Shown in pieces: positions 28,456 to 37,338 of a stretch of DNA of 64,000 nt (within the stretch, counting starts at the first letter, position 1; each line of letters begins with the position of its first letter). Below the pieces are notes generated by a model. The model was given only the letters and a program-made list of their open reading frames with translations. It ran no database searches and was not told where the DNA came from. The stretch is taken from assembly GCA_029262415.1 (NCBI GenBank), contig JAJCZL010000037.1:14504-78503 (forward strand). The letters are read 5' to 3'. A program made the position numbers and the translations under genes. This DNA is from Deltaproteobacteria bacterium. GTDB lineage: Bacteria > Desulfobacterota > Binatia > UBA1149 > JAJCZL01.

Positions 28456-29661
28456 TCAGGATTCGGTCGCGTCGTCTGGCTTGCACTCTTCGGCGTCGGC
28501 GAGACCGCGCAGATAGTCGTAAGAATACATACCGGTGTCGTGTCCGTCTTCCCACATGAAACGCACGGCGTAGCGCCCGACGCCCTCGGCGCCAACTAGA
28601 ACCGCCGGTTCGGCCTTGACGAAAGTTAACGAACCTGAGTGCCCCTGGCACGCAGCGCATGGGCACCAACCGCGTAAACCTTCCGATCTATATACCGTGG
28701 TCGCACTGTCGCTCCAGGTGATGCGAACCAACTGGTGCTCTTTGTCGTGGACAATCTCAACCGGCTCGGGGGCATCGCTCTCTGCGCTGCGCCGTTCGAT
28801 CGCTTTTTGTACTTCGACCGCGAGATCGGCAAATACCCTGCTCACAGGGTGGCCGGGAGCCGACTCCACGATCGGCGTACCGTTGTCGCCGGCCACGCCG
28901 ATAGCTGGATCAATCGGAATTTCGGCGAGTAGTCGCAGACCGAGCTTCTCAGCCGTCTCGCTCGCCTCGCGGGTACCGAACAGCTCGTCAACATTGCCAC
29001 ATTTAGGACAAACGAAACCCGCCATGTTTTGCACCACACCCAGCACCGGCACGTTAATTTTGTGAAGCATCGCGACGCTGCGCTCGACATCCGCCAATGC
29101 AACGTCCTGGGGTGTGGTCACCACAACCGCGCCGTCCAAGGGAACCTCTTGCGCGAGCGTCAGGGGAATATCGCCGGTACCGGGTGGCAGGTCGACGACA
29201 AGGTAGTCGACTTTCCCCCAAGCCACACCGCGCAAGAACTGCTTGGTCGCGCTCATCGCCATCGGCCCGCGCCACACCACTGGAGCGTTATCATCGAGGA
29301 AAAAACCCATCGACATTACTTCAATCCCGTGGGCCTTAAGCGGTGAAATCATGTCGCTTTTGCTGTCTGCTGGGCGCGGCTGACCAGCGACCCCAAGCAT
29401 CAACGGAGCACTCGGGCCATAGATGTCAAGATCAGCGTACCCGACGCGGCTACCAAGCGCCTTGAGCGCGAGTGCGAGGTTGGACGCCACCGTCGACTTG
29501 CCAACCCCGCCCTTGCCGCTGACAACGGCGATAATGTGATCGGCGGTCGGCAATTTAGTCTTGCGCGACTGACCGGCCGCGCCCTCGGCGTGGCCGTGAC
29601 CATGACTGTGGTTATGGCTGTGATCGTGGTTGTGATCATGGTCGTGGTTGTGATCAGACAT
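28456..29661 (-). CDS. Mrp/NBP35 ATP-binding Fe-S carrier with His-rich N-terminus and C-terminal DUF971 domain
   Basis: MSDHNHDHDHNHDHSHNHSHGHGH; SGKGGVGKST, WRGPM, DLPPGTGD, CPKC; C-terminal LRGWCPCAAC...VGRYAVRFMWEDGHDTGMYSYDYLR. Confidence 0.92.
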   Translation of the reverse strand: MSDHNHDHDHNHDHSHNHSHGHGHAEGAAGQSRKTKLPTADHIIAVVSGKGGVGKSTVASNLALALKALGSRVGYADLDIYGPSAPLMLGVAGQPRPADSKSDMISPLKAHGIEVMSMGFFLDDNAPVVWRGPMAMSATKQFLRGVAWGKVDYLVVDLPPGTGDIPLTLAQEVPLDGAVVVTTPQDVALADVERSVAMLHKINVPVLGVVQNMAGFVCPKCGNVDELFGTREASETAEKLGLRLLAEIPIDPAIGVAGDNGTPIVESAPGHPVSRVFADLAVEVQKAIERRSAESDAPEPVEIVHDKEHQLVRITWSDSATTVYRSEGLRGWCPCAACQGHSGSLTFVKAEPAVLVGAEGVGRYAVRFMWEDGHDTGMYSYDYLRGLADAEECKPDDATES

Positions 29662-30760
29662 TGACAACCTCCGCGACCGGAAGTTCGATGACGATCCTGC
29701 CCGCCAACGACTTGAACGCAGCGGCAGCTTCAGAATCTCCTCCGGCTGCCGCAATCGGCCGGCCCTTGTCCCCCGCCTCGCGCACAGCACGGAGCAAAGG
29801 CACACCACCGAGGAAGGCGACCCCGTATTTCTCGGCGACGCGCGCGCCGCCGCCGGCACCAAATACCGCGGTCTGTTCTCCACACGAAGAACAAACGTGA
29901 AAGCTCATGTTCTCGATTACACCGAGGACGGGCGTCGCGGCCTGCTGGAACATTTTGACACCGCGTTCGACATCGGCCAACGCCACGTCTTGAGGTGTGG
30001 TAACAATAATTCCACCGTCCAGCGCTATCGTTTGCGTAAGAGTCATCTGTACGTCACCGGTGCCGGGCGGGAGGTCGAGAATCAAGTAGTCCAACTCGCC
30101 CCAGTTAACATCGTTAAAGAACTGGCCTAGGGCTTTCGAAAGCATCGGGCCTCGCCAGATCAGCGGGGCGCCTTGGCCGACAAAAAAACCCATCGAGACG
30201 AGTTTGACTCCGTAGCGCTGGATCGGGATGAGGCGGCCGTCTTCGTCGCTCTGCCCCTGCTTACTACCCGCGAGCCCGAACATAGTCGGTATGCTCGGAC
30301 CGTAAATATCGGTATCGAGCAAACCGACCCGGTGGCCTGCTTTCGAAAGCGCAACCGCGAGGTTGGATGCAACTGTCGACTTACCAACCCCCCCTTTGCC
30401 GCTGGCCACGGCAACTACACGTTTGATGCCTGCCGGCTTGCCCGGCCCACCGCCCATCGCCGTCGCCATTTCACGTGCCTGCGCCCTGCGGTCGGGCGCG
30501 CCCTGTTCGACGATGATCTCCGGTTTCGGAATACCGTCGATAGAGTCGAGAAGTTTTTCGACGCTCGCCAGGACCTGCGCCCGCACATCTGCGTTCTGCG
30601 TTACGATCGAAAGGTGCAGCTCAGTGGCGTCATCGCGAAAGCGGATGTCCTTAACGACACCAAATGAAACGATGTCTCGGCTGAAACCGGGATACTTGAT
30701 CTCCTTCAGACGTTCTTTGAGTTCTTCAGCGGTCATTGGATCCTTGTTTCTCTCCGTCAT
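29654..30760 (-). CDS. apbC: Mrp/ApbC iron-sulfur cluster carrier with N-terminal DUF59 domain
   Basis: LKEIKYPGFSRDIVSFGVV; VASGKGGVGKST, WRGPM, DLPPGTGD, VTTPQDVAL, ENMSFHVCSSC. Confidence 0.92.
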   Translation of the reverse strand: MTERNKDPMTAEELKERLKEIKYPGFSRDIVSFGVVKDIRFRDDATELHLSIVTQNADVRAQVLASVEKLLDSIDGIPKPEIIVEQGAPDRRAQAREMATAMGGGPGKPAGIKRVVAVASGKGGVGKSTVASNLAVALSKAGHRVGLLDTDIYGPSIPTMFGLAGSKQGQSDEDGRLIPIQRYGVKLVSMGFFVGQGAPLIWRGPMLSKALGQFFNDVNWGELDYLILDLPPGTGDVQMTLTQTIALDGGIIVTTPQDVALADVERGVKMFQQAATPVLGVIENMSFHVCSSCGEQTAVFGAGGGARVAEKYGVAFLGGVPLLRAVREAGDKGRPIAAAGGDSEAAAAFKSLAGRIVIELPVAEVVNV

Positions 30761-31091
30761 AGCTAACTTTGCGCCGGAAGCGCCTTGCTCGGGTCCGCGC
30801 ACTCAAGCCCCCCAAACGGGTGTGGGGCGGTTATGAAATTCACTGCATTGGAGGCCCTGTCGGCTCGAGGGGGGCCAAAACTTCGACCGCCCGTATATAA
30901 GGGATACCCGGCGCAGAGGACAGTCCGGGGGACGTGCGCGGGGGGCATAAGTTAGAGCTTCGGCCCGGTCACCGCGTCTCAGAGACGCCCCGCTTCGGCC
31001 CGACGGGCCGCATAGTCACTTGACGGGCGCGATTTTTCCGGGCTAACGTCGACGGTCGGAGCTGCCACGCGGCGCCCAAGAGCCGACACTC

Positions 31092-32273
31092 ATGTTTATT
31101 CGTACCCTGGTAATCCTCGCTGCGAGCCTTTTTGCGGCTCCCGCCTCTCCTGTGCCCGCCGAGGCCGCCCTGCCGCAGTTCTCTCCGGATGCTCTGCGTT
31201 GCCAAAGGGCGACCATCAACCGATCGGTCGACTTCCTCCGCGCCAGCCTGACCACGCGGCAGGCGTGTCTGCAGGCCCGCGTTGACCAACAGATCCCTGC
31301 CGAGACCGACTGTCTAGTCAGCACTGCGCAGGACTCGGGCCACGCAGAAACCGACCTCCAGCTGCGCCGTGCCGAGGCCGAGTTGGCGCAAGAGATCGCT
31401 CGGGCGTGCACCGGCTTTGACTTCTCCGAGCTGCAATTCCCCGGCCCCTGCCCGGATCCGGACGGCGCCCCGTACGACTCGCTCAACCACGCCAATTGTT
31501 TGATGCAGAAGATCAACGCAACCGTCGCCAAACTGCTGCCGATCCAGTACGCACCGCTGCCCGAAGGGCTCGCCGACCTACGTCAGAAGGACCGTAACTG
31601 CCAAGACGACATCGCAACCAAGTCCGGCCGCCTGCTGATCAGGGAGTTCCGCGACCGCGCCCTGTGTATCTTCCGGCAACTCGACGGTCGCGCGAGCGTC
31701 GACGCGGAATGCCGTCGCGAAGCAGAGCGCAACCAACCCGACACCGGCGATACCCAAACCGACAACGATGTGCTCAGCGCCCACAACAAGGTCCTTGTCG
31801 GTATTGCCGAGACCTGCAACAACGTAGATCTCAGCGATATCGGCGCACCGAACGCGTGCGAGCACCCCGAGGGCTCCGTGTTCGGCCTTGCCCAACTCGT
31901 CGAGTGCATGTTTGAAACCCATCACCTCGAGGCGTTCCGCCTGATAGACGTCGTCACTCCGTGGGGATCGATGTGCGGCAACGGCGAGTTGAACGTACCG
32001 CCGGAGGACTGCGACGACGGCGACCAGACCTTTACCCGTGGCGAAGCATGCATGCCCGATTGCACGGCGACGAAATGCGGCGACGCTGACGGTGACAGCG
32101 CCGTTGACGTCGTCGACGCGATGCTCGTAGTGCGATCGGCAATCGGTGTGTTCCCCTGCTCCGCCGGTGTTTGTGACGTCGACGGCGACGGCAACCACGA
32201 CGCCACCGACGCCATGCAGGTGCTGCGCCGCTCTGTCGGCCAAAACGTGTCGATGAACTGCCCCGCCCAATAA
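31092..32273 (+). CDS. Secreted Cys-rich protein with internal duplication, CGNG..CDDG repeat and C-terminal dockerin-like domain
   Basis: Signal peptide; two helical Cys repeats (RCQRATI...RQACL; NCQDDI...RALCI); CGNGELNVPPEDCDDGD; CGDADGD..VVDAM...CDVDGDG..DATDAMQVLRRSVG. Confidence 0.8.
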   Translation: MFIRTLVILAASLFAAPASPVPAEAALPQFSPDALRCQRATINRSVDFLRASLTTRQACLQARVDQQIPAETDCLVSTAQDSGHAETDLQLRRAEAELAQEIARACTGFDFSELQFPGPCPDPDGAPYDSLNHANCLMQKINATVAKLLPIQYAPLPEGLADLRQKDRNCQDDIATKSGRLLIREFRDRALCIFRQLDGRASVDAECRREAERNQPDTGDTQTDNDVLSAHNKVLVGIAETCNNVDLSDIGAPNACEHPEGSVFGLAQLVECMFETHHLEAFRLIDVVTPWGSMCGNGELNVPPEDCDDGDQTFTRGEACMPDCTATKCGDADGDSAVDVVDAMLVVRSAIGVFPCSAGVCDVDGDGNHDATDAMQVLRRSVGQNVSMNCPAQ

Positions 32274-32360
32274 GCCTCACCAGCACCCGCCCCCACGACC
32301 GCTGCCCAGCAGACGATGCCGCTGTTATGAACTGACGGCGCGCGGTGCTACGAGACGGGC

Positions 32361-33113
32361 ATGGACCTCGCCCTAAAAGACAAAACCGCGATCGTCACCG
32401 GTGGTGCGTCGGGCATCGGACTGTGCACGGCGCGTTTTCTGCAACGCGAAGGTGTCCGCGTCCTAATCGCCGACATCCAAGAAGAAACGCTCAAGGAGGC
32501 CGCGGCCACGCTCAACCAGGGTGAGGTCGAGACATTCGCGCTCGACGTGCGCCACTACGACGCGTGCGAGGCTATGGTACGGCACGGCATCGAGAACTTC
32601 GGCCACGTTGACATCCTTATCAACTCGGCGGGCATCAGCGGCCCCGCGCTGCTCTTCGTCGAGACCGGGCCGGAGGATTGGCACGACCTTATTGAGATCA
32701 ACCTGATCGGCGTAATGAACTGCTGTCGTGCCGTGACTGAGCACATGATCGAGCGAGGCTCAGGCAACATCGTTACGCTCGCCAGCGAAGCCGGCAAGGG
32801 CAACGAAAAACGCATCGTCGCCTATGGCGCGACCAAAGGCGGCGTCATCTCGTTTACCCGCGGGCTCGCAATCGAGCTCGGCCGCCACAACATCAAAGTC
32901 AACTGTGTCTGTCCCGGTGTGACACACAGCCCGATGACGGCCTACCTAAAGGACAGTCAAGAACTCGAAAAACGCTTCGCCTCGGCATACCCGCTGGGTC
33001 GGCTGGGAATACCCGAAGACATCGCGCCGATGATCGTGTTCTTGTGTTCTGACCGCACCTCGTGGGTGACCGGCCAGGCCATCAGCGTCAGTGGAGGCTT
33101 CGGGCGCAGCTGA
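32361..33113 (+). CDS. Short-chain dehydrogenase/reductase
   Basis: TGGASGIG, NSAGI, YGATK, VNCVCPG, PLGRLG.PEDIA, TGQAISVSGG. Confidence 0.95.
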   Translation: MDLALKDKTAIVTGGASGIGLCTARFLQREGVRVLIADIQEETLKEAAATLNQGEVETFALDVRHYDACEAMVRHGIENFGHVDILINSAGISGPALLFVETGPEDWHDLIEINLIGVMNCCRAVTEHMIERGSGNIVTLASEAGKGNEKRIVAYGATKGGVISFTRGLAIELGRHNIKVNCVCPGVTHSPMTAYLKDSQELEKRFASAYPLGRLGIPEDIAPMIVFLCSDRTSWVTGQAISVSGGFGRS

Positions 33114-33190
33114 CAACGCAACCGGCGGCATGCCGACGAGCCGCTTGCCCCGCGCATGCCTTTGCGGCCCAAGCCCGCGTCCTCGGAGCG

Positions 33191-33203
33191 GAAATGCTAT
33201 ATT
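33191..33203 (+). promoter_or_regulatory. Candidate extended -10 promoter of the metal/SPFH operon
   Basis: GAAATGCTATATT = TG-N-TATATT about 45 bp upstream of ATG 33248; also resembles one half of a Zur box. Confidence 0.3.
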
Positions 33204-33247
33204 GTCCGGCGACCGTGGACCCCGAGGCACGGTTGTAGTCGCGTACT

Positions 33248-35500
33248 ATGGACCTCATCGCCAACGTACTGATCGAGACCGCGCGGATCCTCTACGAGGG
33301 TTCGCTGTTTATTCTACTTGGGTTTCTGATCGCCGGGCTGTTGCACGAGTTCATGCCGACCAATGCGATCGCGCGCCACCTCGGCCGCGACGACACGAGC
33401 TCGGTCACGCTGGCCGCGCTATTCGGTGCGCCTATCCCGTTGTGTTCCTGCGGAGTGCTGCCCGCCGCTGCGGCATTACGGAATAAAGGCGCGAGCCGCT
33501 CTGCGCTGCTGTCTTTCCTGATCTCGACACCGGAGACGGGAGTAGACTCTATCGCGCTGACCTATGGGTTGCTCGGCCCGGTCATGGCTATCGTACGACC
33601 GGTTGTCGCGGTCATCACCGCGATCGTCGCCGGCCTGGTCTCGATCCTCCTGCCTGAAACCGACGAGGATTTGCTCGACGAACGACTCGGCGAGGCTGAG
33701 GATTCATGCCACCAAAACCACACCCACGCGCCAGGCGAGGCCGACCACGAACACCCGCAGGGCGGCGCAAGCTACAGCGGCGGCAGCGGCCTCAGGCCCT
33801 CTGCGAACCCAACCGGCACGCCCGCCGACCGCACACGTCGGGTACTCAACTACGGCTTCGGTACGCTGCTTGACGAGATCGCGTTCTGGATGGCGCTCGG
33901 CATCGGCCTGACCGGTGTGCTCGCCGCACTGCTGCCCAGCGACTTCTTTTCAGCTGCGCTCGGGTTAGACCGCGGCATCATGCCGATGTTGTTGATGATC
34001 GTCGCTGGGTTGCCTTTGTACCTGTGCGCAAGCGCATCCACGCCGGTGGCAGCCGCTTTGATCGCGAAAGGCCTTTCGCCCGGTGCCGCGCTGGTATTCC
34101 TACTGGTTGGCCCGGCAACCAACGCCGCAACTATCACGGTGGTCGGAAAACTGTTGGGCTCACGCAGACTCAAGGTTTACATGGCCAGCATTATCGGCGT
34201 GAGCCTCGCAGCCGGGATTGCCGTGGATGCATTCGGCGGCGAAGCCGTACGCGCAACCGCTTTCTCGCGCACCGTGACGCCCGGCTATGACTTGCTGTCG
34301 ATCCTCAAACTCGGTGCCGCTTTCGTATTCTCCGCCCTGCTGTGGACGAGCCTGCGGCGCATCGGACTTTCAGCGGGATTATCCGACCTGCGTGGACAAG
34401 CCGTGCGTATGGGAAGCACCCTCAGCGGGCTACGGCTGCGTGACCTCATACGTCCGCCGGTTCTCGCCGCAACCGCCGTGCTCATAGTCCCTTTCGCGTT
34501 GCCGAGGTTCGCGCTCGTCGTCGAACCCGGACAACGCGGGGTCGTTCAACGCTTCGGCCACGTAACGGCCGGTGATCTGGCCCCGGGGCTGCACTGGCAT
34601 CTGCCACCACCACTGGGTCGCGGAACCGCTGTCGACGTTGACCGGATCCGCGCAGTACCCATCGGCTTCGAAGAAACTGAGCGTGGCGGTCGCCTGGTGC
34701 TCGAAGCCGAGGCTTACTATCTAACCGCGGACGAGAACCTCATCGACATCCGTTCTGTGGTCACCTACCAGGTCAGCGACCCGGTCCGCGTCGCACTGGG
34801 CACTGAAGATCCGGATCTGCTGGTCCGCGGCGTTGCACGACGTGCACTGGTGGGCGTGGTCAGCACGCGTAGCATAGACGGCCTGTACACCAGTGGTCGC
34901 CGCGAAGCCGAGCTCGCATACCGCGACGCGATAGAAAACTATGTGCGCATCCGCCGGTTGGGTATCCGAATCAAGGATGCACGCTTTCTCGACGCGCATG
35001 CACCGGCAGCAGTCCACGACGCGTTCCGCGACATTGCAAGCGCCCTCGAAGACAGAGAAACCGACATCTACGTTGCGCGTGGCTATGCTCTCGAGCGTGA
35101 AGCCGAGGCCTCGGGCGAATCCGTTCAGCGCAAACTCGCAGCCGACGGCGACTCCGTAGCCATGCGACTCCGCGCCGCCGCGCGTGCGCGGGCGTTTACC
35201 GCGCTAGAGGGCGCGCGTGCCGGGAACGCGGTAACGACCGACTATAGATTGAGTCTTGAATCAATCGACAGGACTTTGGCTGGTACTCCGTTGTACATTC
35301 ACGACCGTCGCTACCACGCCACCGACATCGACCTGTGGCTCGGCTTCGGAGCGCTAACCCCACCCTCAGGTTCCCCACTGGCAGTTTTTCCGATCACCTC
35401 CGACTTGACACGCGATAGAAACTCGGACGACGCCGTGCCGAACAACGCAGTACCCAATCGCAGCAATACCAACGGCCCGGCGCCGACTGATAAGGAATGA
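33248..35500 (+). CDS. DUF318/SO_0444-type metal permease fused to a C-terminal HflK-like SPFH domain
   Basis: PIPLCSCGVLP, FLISTPETGVDS, His-rich loop, PLYLCASASTPVAA..GLSPGAALVFLLVGPATN; from about 34508 EPGQRGVVQRFG..PGLHWHLPPP...YLTADENLIDI...VHDAFRDIASALED. Confidence 0.9.
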   Translation: MDLIANVLIETARILYEGSLFILLGFLIAGLLHEFMPTNAIARHLGRDDTSSVTLAALFGAPIPLCSCGVLPAAAALRNKGASRSALLSFLISTPETGVDSIALTYGLLGPVMAIVRPVVAVITAIVAGLVSILLPETDEDLLDERLGEAEDSCHQNHTHAPGEADHEHPQGGASYSGGSGLRPSANPTGTPADRTRRVLNYGFGTLLDEIAFWMALGIGLTGVLAALLPSDFFSAALGLDRGIMPMLLMIVAGLPLYLCASASTPVAAALIAKGLSPGAALVFLLVGPATNAATITVVGKLLGSRRLKVYMASIIGVSLAAGIAVDAFGGEAVRATAFSRTVTPGYDLLSILKLGAAFVFSALLWTSLRRIGLSAGLSDLRGQAVRMGSTLSGLRLRDLIRPPVLAATAVLIVPFALPRFALVVEPGQRGVVQRFGHVTAGDLAPGLHWHLPPPLGRGTAVDVDRIRAVPIGFEETERGGRLVLEAEAYYLTADENLIDIRSVVTYQVSDPVRVALGTEDPDLLVRGVARRALVGVVSTRSIDGLYTSGRREAELAYRDAIENYVRIRRLGIRIKDARFLDAHAPAAVHDAFRDIASALEDRETDIYVARGYALEREAEASGESVQRKLAADGDSVAMRLRAAARARAFTALEGARAGNAVTTDYRLSLESIDRTLAGTPLYIHDRRYHATDIDLWLGFGALTPPSGSPLAVFPITSDLTRDRNSDDAVPNNAVPNRSNTNGPAPTDKE

Positions 35501-35504
35501 ACGA

Positions 35505-36422
35505 ATGAGCCCAACCGCAAAGATCTTTCTCGGGATTGCCGTGCTTGCGGGTAGTCTGCTCGCGGCGACCTGCGTCGTTATCGTCGATGAGACCGAACAG
35601 GTGGTGGTCACCCAGTTCGGCAAACCGACCGCTGTGCACACAACCGCCGGACTGTACGCCAAGCTACCTACGCCGTTCCAGCGTGTGACGCGCATGGACA
35701 AGCGGCTTCTATTGACCGAAACAGACGAGAACGAGTTGCTCACGGCCGACAAGAAAAACGTGGTGGTCTCCGCGTATATGTCCTGGCGCATTGCCGACCC
35801 ACTCGGCTACCTCTCCGCACTTCGTACCCGCGAGGCGGCGGAGAACCGACTTCGCGCGCTCATACAATCGGAGTTGGGAAGTGCGCTCGGCGATGTCGAG
35901 TTCGCCAGGCTGGTATCCGCTGATGGAGACGGCTCCGGCCTGCGCGCGTTGGCCGCAAAGGTCGAAGCGAAGTGCACCGAAACAGCCGACCAGAACTTCG
36001 GCATCGCGGTGACCGACTTCGGGATCACGCGCCTCAACTTCCCTTCACAGAACCTGCAAAGCGTGTTCGGTCGGATGCGGGCTGAGCGCTCACAGATAGC
36101 CCGATCCTTCCGCAGCGAGGGCAAAGCCGAGGCGCAGAAGATCCGCTCGCAGGCCGATCGCGAGCGCGTCGAAACGCTCGCCGCCGCCGAGGCCGAAGCA
36201 ACGCAACTGCGTGGCGAGGGTGAAGCAGAGGCCGCCAAGATCTACGCCGAAGCCTATGCCGGACACCAAGACTTCTACCGTTTCCTGCGTACACTGGAGA
36301 CCTACGAGAAAGTCCTCGGCGAACAGACCACATTGATCTTACCGAGCGATACCCCGCTTTTCGGCTTATTGACGACCGGCAAGGTCGGCAGGACTCCACC
36401 CTTGCCTGGACGCGACAAATAG
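35505..36422 (+). CDS. hflC: HflC-like SPFH protein
   Basis: VDETEQVVVTQFGKP, LTADKKNVVV..WRIADP, VFGRMRAER..A..FRSEG, LRGEGEAEAAKIYAEAY, FYRFLRTLETY. Confidence 0.9.
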   Translation: MSPTAKIFLGIAVLAGSLLAATCVVIVDETEQVVVTQFGKPTAVHTTAGLYAKLPTPFQRVTRMDKRLLLTETDENELLTADKKNVVVSAYMSWRIADPLGYLSALRTREAAENRLRALIQSELGSALGDVEFARLVSADGDGSGLRALAAKVEAKCTETADQNFGIAVTDFGITRLNFPSQNLQSVFGRMRAERSQIARSFRSEGKAEAQKIRSQADRERVETLAAAEAEATQLRGEGEAEAAKIYAEAYAGHQDFYRFLRTLETYEKVLGEQTTLILPSDTPLFGLLTTGKVGRTPPLPGRDK

Positions 36423-36429
36423 GGAACGA

Positions 36430-37338
36430 GTGCAAGGACTTCTCTCATACGTCGGGCGGGCGCTCGCAGCGACCTTGCTGCTTACTTACGTCGCAAGCGG
36501 GCTCTACCAGGTCGCTGCAGACGAAAGTGCAGTCGCGCTTCGCTTGGGTCGCGTCGTCGGCCGCGATGTGTTGCCGGGGATGCACTGGAATCCACCTTGG
36601 CCTTTTGGCCGCGTAGTCATCGCGCAAACCGCGACCAGCTTCATCATGCCGATCGGCTACCGGTTCCAACCACGTCCCGATGTGTCACCAATCTCAGATA
36701 TGTGGCTGACCGGCGACACCAATGTCATCACTGCACGCATGATTGTGCAGTACCGGATCAAGAGCCTGACCGACTTCGTGCTTTCGAATGATTCGCCACG
36801 CGAGCTGGTTCGCCGCACCGGAGAACGGGCACTCGCCGAGCTTCTCGCCGGTGAAGGTGTCGATGGCGTACTGACAACCCGCCGCAACACTATTCCGACA
36901 GCCGTTCGGGAACGCGTTCAGGAAGTTCTCGACCAGCTGGAGGCAGGGATCGACATCCAGTCGGTCAACATCGAAGAGTTCGCCCCACCGGTCCAGGGTG
37001 GCGTGCGCGGCGCGTTCCAGGACGTTCAGAACGCGAAGTCGGACCGCGAACGCCTCATCCACGAAGCACGCGCGCAGGCCGCCCAGTCTGTGGCCGAGGC
37101 CAAGGGCGAGGCCGACCGCATCGTCAACGCCGCAGCCGGCAGCAAACGCGCGCGCACCGAAGAGGCCGGCGGACGTAGCCGCCGCTTCGCGGCCCTTGCC
37201 GCTCAGCACGCCACCTCGCCGGCCTTGACCGAAGAACGGTTGTTCTTGGAGACGATGGAGAAAGTTCTCGGACGTACGCGTAACTTTGTCGTCGAACCCG
37301 GTCCTGGCGGAAGCGTCAAACTCCGGGTGCTGCGATGA
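36430..37338 (+). CDS. hflK: HflK-like SPFH protein
   Basis: SGLYQV..DESAV..RLGR..PGMHWNPPWPF, LTGDTNVI..VQYRI, VRGAFQDVQNA..DRER, TEERLFLETMEKVL. Confidence 0.88.
   Translation: MQGLLSYVGRALAATLLLTYVASGLYQVAADESAVALRLGRVVGRDVLPGMHWNPPWPFGRVVIAQTATSFIMPIGYRFQPRPDVSPISDMWLTGDTNVITARMIVQYRIKSLTDFVLSNDSPRELVRRTGERALAELLAGEGVDGVLTTRRNTIPTAVRERVQEVLDQLEAGIDIQSVNIEEFAPPVQGGVRGAFQDVQNAKSDRERLIHEARAQAAQSVAEAKGEADRIVNAAAGSKRARTEEAGGRSRRFAALAAQHATSPALTEERLFLETMEKVLGRTRNFVVEPGPGGSVKLRVLR

Noticed and set aside
29590-29655. Short tandem DNA repeats (GTGATC/GTGGTT)
   Set aside because: Explained by the His-Asp/Asn-rich protein tail of the Mrp paralog.
33191-33213. Full Zur box upstream of the metal/SPFH operon
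   Set aside because: Only the left half (GAAATGCTATA) resembles the consensus and the right arm is absent; kept only as a weak promoter call.
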